Source: a virus
DNA: 64,000 nucleotides
IMG/VR virus record: IMGVR_UViG_3300018080_007253
Location: 356-64,355 of that record
Direction: 5' to 3' (one strand)
A program made the position numbers and the translations under genes. The notes beneath the pieces are model-generated. The model saw nothing but the letters and a program-made list of their open reading frames with translations. It made no database searches and was not told where the DNA came from. Numbering within the stretch: the first letter of the stretch is position 1; every line of letters starts with the position of its first letter. This document shows positions 30,227 through 38,748 of the stretch, one piece after another.

Positions 30227-30874
30227 ATGGCAGCGAGTGGAGTAATAACTTTTACGGCTACACATAATGAATCATTAGAAATAGCAAATCTTGGATCTGG
30301 AACATATGATCATATTGGTTTCTTTGGTGCGAATGGAGTAGATGATGCCATAATAGTTGGTAATTGGCAAGATTCTACATGGATTGTTGATGCGTCTGGG
30401 AATAGGGATTCATCCGTATGGGGAGAATTAATGAATTGTAAGTATATTGACTCTACCCACGTAGAAACTTCTGGTGGCATTACAAAAACTATTCAAGATA
30501 TGCAAACCGAAGCTGCTACACAGTCTGGGACTCTAAGAATAGCATTTTCTGGCTTAGATGGACTTACTGTACACACATATAATGCTAGACTTTATGTATA
30601 CGACAATACACAGGGATCTTACTATACTGGACCAGATGATGTTACTGTTAATGGCTTTGAAATTGATCCATCTGGGCAAAATTCGGCTACAGAATGGAGT
30701 TCTATGTCAAGCAAAACAAATGGAATAATCTTTGTTGACCATTCAGAAGCGCAGAGAGGTGCTGGGTTCCCAAAGGGGAATATACATGAATGGTGGTGTG
30801 GTATTAGTGCAAGTGCTGATGCTGTCGGTTTCTTAGACGACTTTGACTTTGTTTTTGAATTTCAATTTGCTTAA
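30227..30874 (+). CDS. virion structural protein, SG-rich
   Basis: Strong RBS (AAGGGGAG); last gene of the structural operon; 7 SG in 215 aa. Confidence 0.5.
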   Translation: MAASGVITFTATHNESLEIANLGSGTYDHIGFFGANGVDDAIIVGNWQDSTWIVDASGNRDSSVWGELMNCKYIDSTHVETSGGITKTIQDMQTEAATQSGTLRIAFSGLDGLTVHTYNARLYVYDNTQGSYYTGPDDVTVNGFEIDPSGQNSATEWSSMSSKTNGIIFVDHSEAQRGAGFPKGNIHEWWCGISASADAVGFLDDFDFVFEFQFA

Positions 30875-30915
30875 TATATTGTGTGAAAATTAATAGCCGT
30901 ATAATACAATATAAT

Positions 30916-30992
30916 AGTGGAGTAGTCTATTTTGGTAAGACGTGTGCCTTGGGAGCACAAGATCGCTGGTTCGAATCCAGTCTCCGCTACCA
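30916..30992 (+). tRNA. tRNA-Pro (anticodon UGG) with encoded CCA
   Basis: Full cloverleaf: acceptor AGTGGAG/CTCCGCT, D-stem GTCT/AGAC, anticodon arm TGTGC-CT TGG GA-GCACA, T-arm GCTGG-TTCGAAT-CCAGT, 3' ACCA. Confidence 0.95.
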
Positions 30993-31069
30993 TAAAAAAG
31001 AGGTAATGACTAGCCATCATTTTTGTCTATGTAGGCTTTGAAGAATGGGACTCTTTTTATATATAATAT

Positions 31070-31113
31070 ACCCGCTACGCCTCTCAGTGATGCGAACCAT
31101 TAGCGGGTTTTTT
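31070..31113 (+). terminator. candidate terminator between the convergent transcription units
   Basis: ACCCGCTA...TAGCGGGT stem followed by a T-run. The loop is long (23 nt), with an inner CGC/GCG pairing. Confidence 0.55.
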
Positions 31114-31121
31114 AATGTTTA

Positions 31122-31457
31122 TTATTCCTCATCGTAGATGTCGAAACCCCAAGACTTCAAGTCTCCACAACATGACAGCAATACTAGCCCATGTTTTTTG
31201 CTATACATTCCGTAATAATAATCCTCATCATCGTGGACAAGTCCAAAAAATTCATATTTTTTGCCATTATTTACATATATTTTACCATATAGTCCTTTGC
31301 ATTCTTTTACAAATTTACGCCAATTCCCATAGCAAATACAACCTTCGCAGTTTTTTTGTTCAGGAAATATTTTTTGCATCATGGCAGTCCACGCTTGCTC
31401 TTTTCTTTCTTCAGGATATACTGGCTCATTTTTAGCAAGTTTCCGCTTATTCTCCAT
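31122..31457 (-). CDS. hypothetical protein
   Basis: 111-aa ORF with a GAGG-type RBS; last gene of the minus-strand block. Confidence 0.55.
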   Translation of the reverse strand: MENKRKLAKNEPVYPEERKEQAWTAMMQKIFPEQKNCEGCICYGNWRKFVKECKGLYGKIYVNNGKKYEFFGLVHDDEDYYYGMYSKKHGLVLLSCCGDLKSWGFDIYDEE

Positions 31458-31509
31458 TGATTTTTTCCTCTTTAGTGTTGTAGTGCAATATTATATAAAA
31501 TGTCTCAAA

Positions 31510-32460
31510 TCAGTCTATTTGCCGCCTTATATAAGTAATGGTCTTTTTAAGTCCGTCATATATCTGTGTTTTTTTAAAATTTGATATTTCTGCAAGATTA
31601 GCTCTTGATAAATCTGGCTTCCTTCTTGCAGGGTCGCCATCATAAAGTGGCATATGAACAATATTAGGATTTTTCCCTATAATATTCATTATCATATTGA
31701 GAATTTCTTTTACGCTATACTCTTTGTCGTTTCCAATGTTATACGGTCCGAACCCCCCGATGTCCATAGCATTAATAAGCATTTTTATCATATCATCTAT
31801 ATAGCATGGAGATCTTGTTTGGCTGCCACCATTATAAATTACGACATCCCTTTCTTCCAGCACCCTTTTTGTAAATTCTACAATGAATCTTCCATCGTTT
31901 AGTGCCATTCCAGGACCATATGTATTAAAAATTCGTACTATTGTGGCATTTAACCCATCTTTTGAGAATGTATTAACTACTGTTTCTGCCATTCTCTTGC
32001 TTTCGTCATATGGCGCTCGTTTAGAAAGAGTATCAACATTGCCGTTATATGTTTCAATTTGTGGATGATTTTTTGTGGGTGGTCGTCCATAGACCTCACT
32101 TGTTGATGACAACAATAATTTTGCCCCCCTGTTTTTTGCCAACTTACACATATTTATTGTGCCATTTACGTTTGTCATTATTGTTTCAAATGGATATTGT
32201 TTATAAATTGGCGGTGAAGCAATTGATGCCAAATGATATATTTCATCTATTTCATATGGAAGAAATTTCATATAGGTTTCTGGATAGCACACATCGCCAA
32301 GGATATATCTAAATGGTTTGCTAGTATAAAATTTGGTTGCAGATGGACATATTTGATTATCAATTCCTATAACGTTATGCCCATATTCTATTAACTTATT
32401 GCAGAGATGTGCGCCTATAAATCCTCTTACTCCAGTTATAACAATGTTCTTTTTAGCCAT
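31510..32460 (-). CDS. uxs: UDP-glucuronate decarboxylase (UDP-xylose synthase)-like extended SDR
   Basis: TGxxGxxG (TGVRGFIG), IYHLASIASP, STSEVYG, HPQ.ETY.GNV, YDESKR (YxxxK), RIFNTYGP.M...DGR and QTRSPCY form the UXS-type signature set. Start placed at MAKKNIV. Confidence 0.85.
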   Translation of the reverse strand: MAKKNIVITGVRGFIGAHLCNKLIEYGHNVIGIDNQICPSATKFYTSKPFRYILGDVCYPETYMKFLPYEIDEIYHLASIASPPIYKQYPFETIMTNVNGTINMCKLAKNRGAKLLLSSTSEVYGRPPTKNHPQIETYNGNVDTLSKRAPYDESKRMAETVVNTFSKDGLNATIVRIFNTYGPGMALNDGRFIVEFTKRVLEERDVVIYNGGSQTRSPCYIDDMIKMLINAMDIGGFGPYNIGNDKEYSVKEILNMIMNIIGKNPNIVHMPLYDGDPARRKPDLSRANLAEISNFKKTQIYDGLKKTITYIRRQID

Positions 32461-32866
32461 TATTTTTTTCCTTTTTTGTAACAGTTTTAAGTACATGCTT
32501 ATCAATAAGTACCCTGTCTGTAAAAACCTCATCTAATTCGTGCCAATATTGTACTTCGTTTTCTACAAGTGGCAACACACAAAGGAAAATTTTTCTTCCA
32601 TGATATAAAGATGTGAAGTGTATCTCGCCTTTCTTAAAAGCAGCAACAAGTCCATCGAGACTTTCTATTTCTTTTATATATTCGTTAATTTTGTCAATAT
32701 TTTTACTAAGCTCTTTCTTTATTGTTTCTTTTTCGTCGCATTCTGACATTTGTTCGATAGATATTTTTTGCTCTATAATAATATCCCATATTTGCTGAAT
32801 ATCCAACGTAATCGGTTTAATAAGGGGAAGCATTTTGTTTACATCATCAATACCTAAAATTTTCAT
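32453..32866 (-). CDS. DUF2203-like protein
   Basis: LPLIKPI...EIESLDG...IHF...GRKIFLC..L.E.EV.YWHE resembles the DUF2203 pattern. Confidence 0.55.
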   Translation of the reverse strand: MKILGIDDVNKMLPLIKPITLDIQQIWDIIIEQKISIEQMSECDEKETIKKELSKNIDKINEYIKEIESLDGLVAAFKKGEIHFTSLYHGRKIFLCVLPLVENEVQYWHELDEVFTDRVLIDKHVLKTVTKKEKNNG

Positions 32867-33789
32867 CTAATCTCCTCTACTGTTGTAAGCAACTCTATCA
32901 TTCTTTGTTCGTATGTGTGTTTCTTTGTGTCTATATTGTTTCGCATTTGCAAAAGCACATTTTTATTTTGATAAAGATATTTTAATATTGCCTCAAGGTT
33001 GTCGTTATCATAATAAATTATATCTTTCATATTTGTGAACATATCTTTATATTTTGCGCCCTTTGTGATTGGATCAGGATAATTTGTAAGACACGGGACG
33101 CCCGCGCAATGCGCTTCGAAAACGCGCTGTTGAAAGCCGAATGACATCATTTTTGTAGGCGGACCCAGCTCGCTATGATAAAGCCCAACATTTAAAACAA
33201 GATGGTGCGCGTTATAAATTTCGTTTACTTTTGTTGCGTCAAAGTTTGTTGTGATCGTTAAATCCTCTTTTGGAATTACGCTTTTCACTCTGTCGAGAAA
33301 ATGGACGCGATTTTTCCACTTGCCACCAACGCTGCCTATGAAGCACGCAAATTTTTTCGGTTTCACCTCCAATGGTTTATACCATAAAGGGTGTCCAGCT
33401 TGTGGGAGAAACATTATATTGCAGCCCATGTTTTCGTATATATCCATTTCTGTATCATCAAAAGTGGCGTGTAGATTAAAAAGTTCTTTTTGTTTTTTTA
33501 CTCTATTATAATAATTTGGCAGTCTTATTGGTTCAGAATTCCAAAGTATGCTAAAATTCCCTACTAATTTACGTACTATTGGATGCTGCTCTTCAATCAT
33601 CTTGGGTGGAAGTCCAGCGCCCAGACAAAGGATAAAATCGTATTGTTTATCAAGTGACATCATTGGAGATTTTGTGCCAAGATCATATATTGATACGTCG
33701 TAACCCAATGTTTCGAGAGCATAAATTACCCCAACTTCTGCGCCATGTTTTTTATTTGATATAGGCTTCCCAACTACTAATATTTGCAT
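32863..33789 (-). CDS. CgeB-like GT-B glycosyltransferase (308 aa); in frame with the upstream nuclease ORF
   Basis: Own AAGGA RBS and ATG at 33789. FLPQAGHP.WY.P...ACFIGS...NR..FL...IYN.H..VLN...QRVFE...AG...LT...IIYY matches the CgeB/Glyco_trans_1_2 type. Confidence 0.75.
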   Translation of the reverse strand: MQILVVGKPISNKKHGAEVGVIYALETLGYDVSIYDLGTKSPMMSLDKQYDFILCLGAGLPPKMIEEQHPIVRKLVGNFSILWNSEPIRLPNYYNRVKKQKELFNLHATFDDTEMDIYENMGCNIMFLPQAGHPLWYKPLEVKPKKFACFIGSVGGKWKNRVHFLDRVKSVIPKEDLTITTNFDATKVNEIYNAHHLVLNVGLYHSELGPPTKMMSFGFQQRVFEAHCAGVPCLTNYPDPITKGAKYKDMFTNMKDIIYYDNDNLEAILKYLYQNKNVLLQMRNNIDTKKHTYEQRMIELLTTVEEIR

Positions 33790-33791
33790 TG

Positions 33792-34377
33792 TTATTCCTT
33801 TTTTTTTGCTAAAAAATGGTTTAAGTGTAGAATATGCAATGCTAATGTTTTTGTGTTGTCCACGAATTGCATTTTCTAATGGTAATTTTATAATATTTTT
33901 TTTATATTGATATCCTACAAGACAAATTTGTACACAACAATTTTCCTTATCCTCATTAAGTAGGTACGCACCAACAATTACATCAAATTTTATTGGAACC
34001 AGACATCCTTTTGATGTTTTCCTTCGTACCAATATTCTTCCATAGTTATGACTAGCTGTTTTTATCTCAATATTTTTATTTCCAACGATAAAGTCTGTGT
34101 CATCACCATTTTTTATATAATTAAAATTAACTGGCTTATTTATTATTTTGGAAAGAGCCATTTCGCCCAATCGTCCAATTCTTTCTGTTTTAAATCTATC
34201 TTTTTTTGTATTTAATATTCCATCGTTATATGATTGCATTTCTTTTTTAGACTTTTTATTGTTTACCCACATTTTTTTAGAAAAATAATCACAAACCCTA
34301 TATTCTTCCCCCTGTATGGTTATATTAATAAATTTAGATGGATTTTTTATTTTTATTTGTTTTGGCAAAAATTGCAT
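33792..34377 (-). CDS. PD-(D/E)xK restriction-endonuclease-like protein
   Basis: ERIGRLGEMAL...GDDTDF...IEIKT motif. It overlaps the 3' end of an adenine MTase. There is no stop in this assembly: it reads through an A9 tract into the GT. Confidence 0.55.
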
Positions 34378-35153
34378 ATTATCAGTTCACTTTTTTTTGT
34401 AGAACCATTTATGGAATACTTTGTGATAATTTTATTTATTGTTGATTTTCTATACATTTTTTTAATATCTTCTGCATCATCATATGACACTATGCACATA
34501 GCATTTGATGTTTCAACAAGCCTAGCTAATTTATTATGTTGATTGAATTTTTCTAAATAAAGACTGCCTCCTTTGATGTAATATGGCGGATCAATATATA
34601 TTATAGTTTGCTTACTGCTTTGATACATTTGAATAAGTTTTAATGCATCTGTGTTGTATATCGAAACATTATTTTTTGTAAATAACACATGATATTTGTC
34701 TATTTGTGACAATAGAGATTCAATATTCCAGCGACAGTTAATTTTATATTTTGAATTTTGTTTTTTCCCACCAATTGGACCTCCAGCCATTTCTCCAAGT
34801 CCAGAATATGACCATTGATGAATAGCTATTTTGATTGCTGCTGTTTTTACTATATCGTGTTTTGTTTTTTCTATTAGAAGTTTTTTTATTTTATAAAAAT
34901 TTTGTACAGTTGGCTTAAGTTTTGATAGATATTTTTTTAATTTTTTTGGATATTTTTCTATAGACTTCCAAATGCTATATATGGCGTAGTCTTTATCATT
35001 AAAAACATAGCGAGTTGCAAGTTTATTTTCTAGACATTTCAATCCTATAAATCCACCACCAAAAAACGGCTCAACATATGTATCTGATGGTGTTAAAAAT
35101 TTAGATATGTGTTTATATAATTTTCTTTTGCCGCCAGGGTATCGTAACATCAT
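34353..35153 (-). CDS. Dam/D12-class N6-adenine DNA methyltransferase
   Basis: LRYPGGK, YVEPFFGGG, FND.D and IYIDPPY motifs; ATGA overlap with the upstream gene. Confidence 0.88.
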   Translation of the reverse strand: MMLRYPGGKRKLYKHISKFLTPSDTYVEPFFGGGFIGLKCLENKLATRYVFNDKDYAIYSIWKSIEKYPKKLKKYLSKLKPTVQNFYKIKKLLIEKTKHDIVKTAAIKIAIHQWSYSGLGEMAGGPIGGKKQNSKYKINCRWNIESLLSQIDKYHVLFTKNNVSIYNTDALKLIQMYQSSKQTIIYIDPPYYIKGGSLYLEKFNQHNKLARLVETSNAMCIVSYDDAEDIKKMYRKSTINKIITKYSINGSTKKSELIICNFCQNK

Positions 35154-35662
35154 TGATGAGACTCCCATGGGAGCACAATCCACTCATTTCTTTGCTCTAC
35201 AAAATGTACACCATGTGTACTCATGCATGCAAATTTATTCCACGGCTTAATAAATAGAGTAAAAATATAATATTCTTTACCCATATTTTGCAACACTTTC
35301 TCAGCTCTTTCTATTTCTTTCCCTGTATCAATTACATCATCAATAAGTGCAATTGTTTTATATTCTTTTCTAATGTCGTTATCTACACTATCATCTATTC
35401 TATAATTATTGTTTGATGTAAAAATATAATTTATTTCATTCTTTTTATCAATAGAATAACATGGCTTATTGTACATATCTGCTATCATTCTAGCAGGAAT
35501 GCTGCCACCATTCTCTATAGCACAAACTGCATCTATGTGTTGTATCATCTCGCCAAAAAGATAGCAAAATCGTTGCATTATATCAAAATATTCTACTGGC
35601 GTACATCGATGTTCTAATATACTTTTGCTACGTTTTCTGCTATCGTCTAATAAGTTTTGCAT
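35150..35662 (-). CDS. purine phosphoribosyltransferase (Gpt/Hpt-like)
   Basis: AIENGGSIPA, PRPP loop IALIDDVIDTG, and C-terminal EWIVLPWE typical of XGPRT. Confidence 0.8.
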   Translation of the reverse strand: MQNLLDDSRKRSKSILEHRCTPVEYFDIMQRFCYLFGEMIQHIDAVCAIENGGSIPARMIADMYNKPCYSIDKKNEINYIFTSNNNYRIDDSVDNDIRKEYKTIALIDDVIDTGKEIERAEKVLQNMGKEYYIFTLFIKPWNKFACMSTHGVHFVEQRNEWIVLPWESHQ

Positions 35663-36674
35663 TTTGTTTAAATTCCTTTATATTTTTTGAATTAGTCATA
35701 CTAAATGCAGAGCGCAGCCCACCAGCTAATTCATTGATGATTGTAGCAGTTTTTCCCTTTGGAGATATTACTTTTTCCTTTCCTTCTGGTGCCGTCCCCT
35801 CTTTTAGTTTGCCAAATCTTAAAATCTGTGCTTCTCTGCTAGCCATCCCATAATACTTTGCTTTAAACACTCCATTTTCTGTGAAAAACGCATTTTCTGG
35901 ACAACATGAAGATCCGGCAAGCAGTCCGCCAATCATAACAGCATCTGCTCCGATAGCCAATGCTTTTGCCATATCTCCAGAGCTTTTAAGCCCTCCGTCT
36001 GCGATTAGCGTTTTTCTTTCGCCAGTTTCTTTCGACGCGCAATCGACACCTTGTTTGCACCCCCACAAAGATGTTGCTGTAGGCACACCGACTCCAGTTG
36101 TATCTATTGTCGTACATGCAGACCCGCCGCCGTTTGTAGCCCTGATGCAATCTGCACCAGCCATACATAGGTCGTACGCACCTAGATGGGTTGATACATT
36201 TCCAGCTATAATTTTTAGATCAGGATAGTTTTGTTTAACAAACTTTATCATTTCGATCGTTTTTTTATGGTGTCCTACATTAAGGTCGATACACACAGCG
36301 CCAATACTATCATTGCACGCTTTTAGTATGCGCCTATCTCTTTCATTAACGCCAATCGCTATGGCTGTACGCCTTTTCGGAACGCTATATAACCCATGTG
36401 TGGTTTTACCCTGTGCTTTTTTGATTTCAAAACCGATATCTTCAACGCTCATAAAACGATGCAAAATGCCCATGCCACCAAGAAAATCCATTTTTGACAT
36501 CATTTTTGACTCGCAGATTGTTGACATAGGGGCAGCAATAATCGGGACATTTAGATTCACCCCAGGCAAAACTTCAGAAGATAGATCAACATCAAAGCGC
36601 GAATCTACTTCAGAATAAATAGGCTCTATCAAAAAATCATCGTACCAAAAACCTTTTCCACAATTTAATATCAT
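35640..36674 (-). CDS. IMPDH/GMP reductase family protein without CBS domains (GMP reductase favoured)
   Basis: PIIAAPM, CIDLNVGH, IIAGNV, catalytic GGGSACTT, IADGG...GDMAKALAIGADAVMIGG, YGMAS, EGK, GGLRS. Confidence 0.85.
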   Translation of the reverse strand: MILNCGKGFWYDDFLIEPIYSEVDSRFDVDLSSEVLPGVNLNVPIIAAPMSTICESKMMSKMDFLGGMGILHRFMSVEDIGFEIKKAQGKTTHGLYSVPKRRTAIAIGVNERDRRILKACNDSIGAVCIDLNVGHHKKTIEMIKFVKQNYPDLKIIAGNVSTHLGAYDLCMAGADCIRATNGGGSACTTIDTTGVGVPTATSLWGCKQGVDCASKETGERKTLIADGGLKSSGDMAKALAIGADAVMIGGLLAGSSCCPENAFFTENGVFKAKYYGMASREAQILRFGKLKEGTAPEGKEKVISPKGKTATIINELAGGLRSAFSMTNSKNIKEFKQNAKLIRR

Positions 36675-36689
36675 CTTTGTCTCCTTCTA

Positions 36690-38390
36690 TTATGTAATAT
36701 CTACTAATCGAGATATTTTTTTCATACTTTCTTCAATGTGAAAAGATTTTATTTTTCTGCAGTTTTTATGATGACACTTATTGTAGTTGCCATGTTGACA
36801 TAGATTTCTTTTATCGCATGGTAGCATAATAATTTCAGCATTTGGATTTAATGGTGCATTTTTTGTAAAATTTGTAAATGTCCACGCAATTACAGATGGT
36901 ACATTGTAACATGCGGCGATATGCATTAGCCCACCATCTAGTCCTATAAATAATTTTGCTCCTTTAATAATTGCTGCGGCATATTTAATACCTGTTGCAC
37001 CGCAAAGGCTAATGGCATTATTAGATCCAAGCTTTGATATTATTTTTTGAGAAGTTATATGGTCATCTATTGTTCCAAGAAAAAGTAATTTGAAATTATT
37101 GTCTAGTAATTTTTTGAGTGGCTTTATCCATTCATCGTTGTTTTCTATTTGTTTCAGACGCCACTGTGCCCCATCTTTGAGGTATCCGACAGACACTACT
37201 GCATATTTCCCATCTGGAGACTTTTTAGATGTGTAGAACGTAGGGTTCGGAGGAGGTGCGTTATAACCAAGTTTGCGCACAAGGTCCATATTATATTCGC
37301 TTTCGTGCTTTTCCCATTCTTTGCCTTTCTTGATCTTTATAACATTCTTTGAATTGTTAAATAGAGATGGTGGTGTAAGATGTGCAGTTGGGGAACACAG
37401 TAGATAGTCAAGCCCATCTATTGATGCTATAAAGCGATCATAGTGTTGTGGCATTATATTGTCGTCGATAAAATCAAGTCCGTTAAAAACCTCTCTTGTT
37501 CTTTTCCAATTGAATACGCTTATTCTCGCGTTAGGCTTTAGCAATCTGATAGCCTTTAGTGCTGGAGTTGATAAAATGGCGTTTCCCATCCCAGAATTTA
37601 TTAAAAACCCAATTTTTTCTGGTTCTTCATAAATAAACGCAGATTCAGGAGCTTCCTTTTGTAACATATGATGGTTTTCAACAATAGATGGTTTAAAATT
37701 TGTTTGTTTAAATGATACACCTTTTCGCTTTATCCATCCATCTTGTAGTGTCCACTTAAACTCACCATGTGTAGATATCCTGTCTGCAATCTTTTTTTTC
37801 ATACGATCGGTTGTCATAATATAACTATAATGATAAAATGTTGCTATAGGATCAGGACAATGTTTAAGTTCGGCATTATTTGGTTTTAATAGATGGTTTG
37901 GACTGCGAAATTTATAGCCAGCCCCATCAACTCTGAATAGGCGCGGCCAATTTATTTCAACGTAATGTTTGTAGTCATTGACAAATGTAAGCGACTTGGT
38001 GTCGAAATATTCAAAGTCATTTCTTTGTGTCGCATTTACAACCTTCTGAGCGTCTTCTGGCGTATAAATTTCATCTGAATCTACTATCCATAGCCAGTGT
38101 GCATTTGGGCAAATTTCGAAGTGTTTGCTGCGTTGTTGTAGCTGTGTTTTTTCGTTCAATTGATGTACTTCAATTTTGTCTGGATATTTTTCTTGTAGTT
38201 TTTTTAAAATCGGGATTGTTTCGTCGCGCGATCTTTCTATTCCACCATTCGAATTTACTGCCGTTTGCCACGCACCCTCTATGACAATAATTTTATCGGC
38301 ATAATGAATAACTGATTCTATCGTCTCTTTAAGAAAATAATCTTGTTCGAAAACACACATATGAACAACTATAGGTAACTTATGCGACAT
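36690..38390 (-). CDS. bifunctional glycosyltransferase, GT2 + GT9 (heptosyltransferase-like)
   Basis: N-terminal FLKETIESV...IIVIEG...WLWIVDSDE (GT-A DxD); C-terminal SGMGNAILSTPALKAIR...IGLDGGLMHIAA (GT9). Start placed at MSHKLP. Confidence 0.85.
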   Translation of the reverse strand: MSHKLPIVVHMCVFEQDYFLKETIESVIHYADKIIVIEGAWQTAVNSNGGIERSRDETIPILKKLQEKYPDKIEVHQLNEKTQLQQRSKHFEICPNAHWLWIVDSDEIYTPEDAQKVVNATQRNDFEYFDTKSLTFVNDYKHYVEINWPRLFRVDGAGYKFRSPNHLLKPNNAELKHCPDPIATFYHYSYIMTTDRMKKKIADRISTHGEFKWTLQDGWIKRKGVSFKQTNFKPSIVENHHMLQKEAPESAFIYEEPEKIGFLINSGMGNAILSTPALKAIRLLKPNARISVFNWKRTREVFNGLDFIDDNIMPQHYDRFIASIDGLDYLLCSPTAHLTPPSLFNNSKNVIKIKKGKEWEKHESEYNMDLVRKLGYNAPPPNPTFYTSKKSPDGKYAVVSVGYLKDGAQWRLKQIENNDEWIKPLKKLLDNNFKLLFLGTIDDHITSQKIISKLGSNNAISLCGATGIKYAAAIIKGAKLFIGLDGGLMHIAACYNVPSVIAWTFTNFTKNAPLNPNAEIIMLPCDKRNLCQHGNYNKCHHKNCRKIKSFHIEESMKKISRLVDIT

Positions 38391-38391
38391 T

Positions 38392-38748
38392 TTAACCTTC
38401 CAAAAGTTTGAATTGTTTACCAAGAATCGAAATTGTTGTACGCTTATTTCCCTTCTTGTCTTCCCAATCTGATTGCTGAAGCTCCCCAGTAAGCTTAATA
38501 AGCAGTCCACCCTCAATTCGTTCGCTGTCTTCTACTGTCGGCATAACAGTTTCGATTTGTGTGTTAAGGTCTTCTGCTTGCTTATCCCAAAATGTAACCA
38601 TTATTTTCGTATAATTTTTTCGACTGTTCCTTGTAGACACACGCAAATTCAACACATATTTGCCCTTAGCGGTTTTACGAAGTGTTTTAAATTGGATATC
38701 TCCGATAAGCGCAACCTTATTTTTGTAACGTTCAGTTTTGTCAGACAT
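38392..38748 (-). CDS. ssb: single-stranded DNA-binding protein paralog lacking the acidic tail
   Basis: NKVALIG...VTFW...AE...GELQ..DWEDKKGNKR OB-fold; ends without DDDIPF. Confidence 0.8.
   Translation of the reverse strand: MSDKTERYKNKVALIGDIQFKTLRKTAKGKYVLNLRVSTRNSRKNYTKIMVTFWDKQAEDLNTQIETVMPTVEDSERIEGGLLIKLTGELQQSDWEDKKGNKRTTISILGKQFKLLEG

Noticed and set aside
31006-31041. 11-codon ORF (MTSHHFCLCRL) right after the tRNA
   Set aside because: The GAGGT is only 1 nt from the ATG, too close for an RBS, and there is no other support.
32461-32532. N-terminal extensions in the ORF track (also 38391-38516, 48243-48413, 21108-21155, 35154-35183)
   Set aside because: They overlap upstream genes. 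Better starts with an RBS or stop-start coupling lie downstream.
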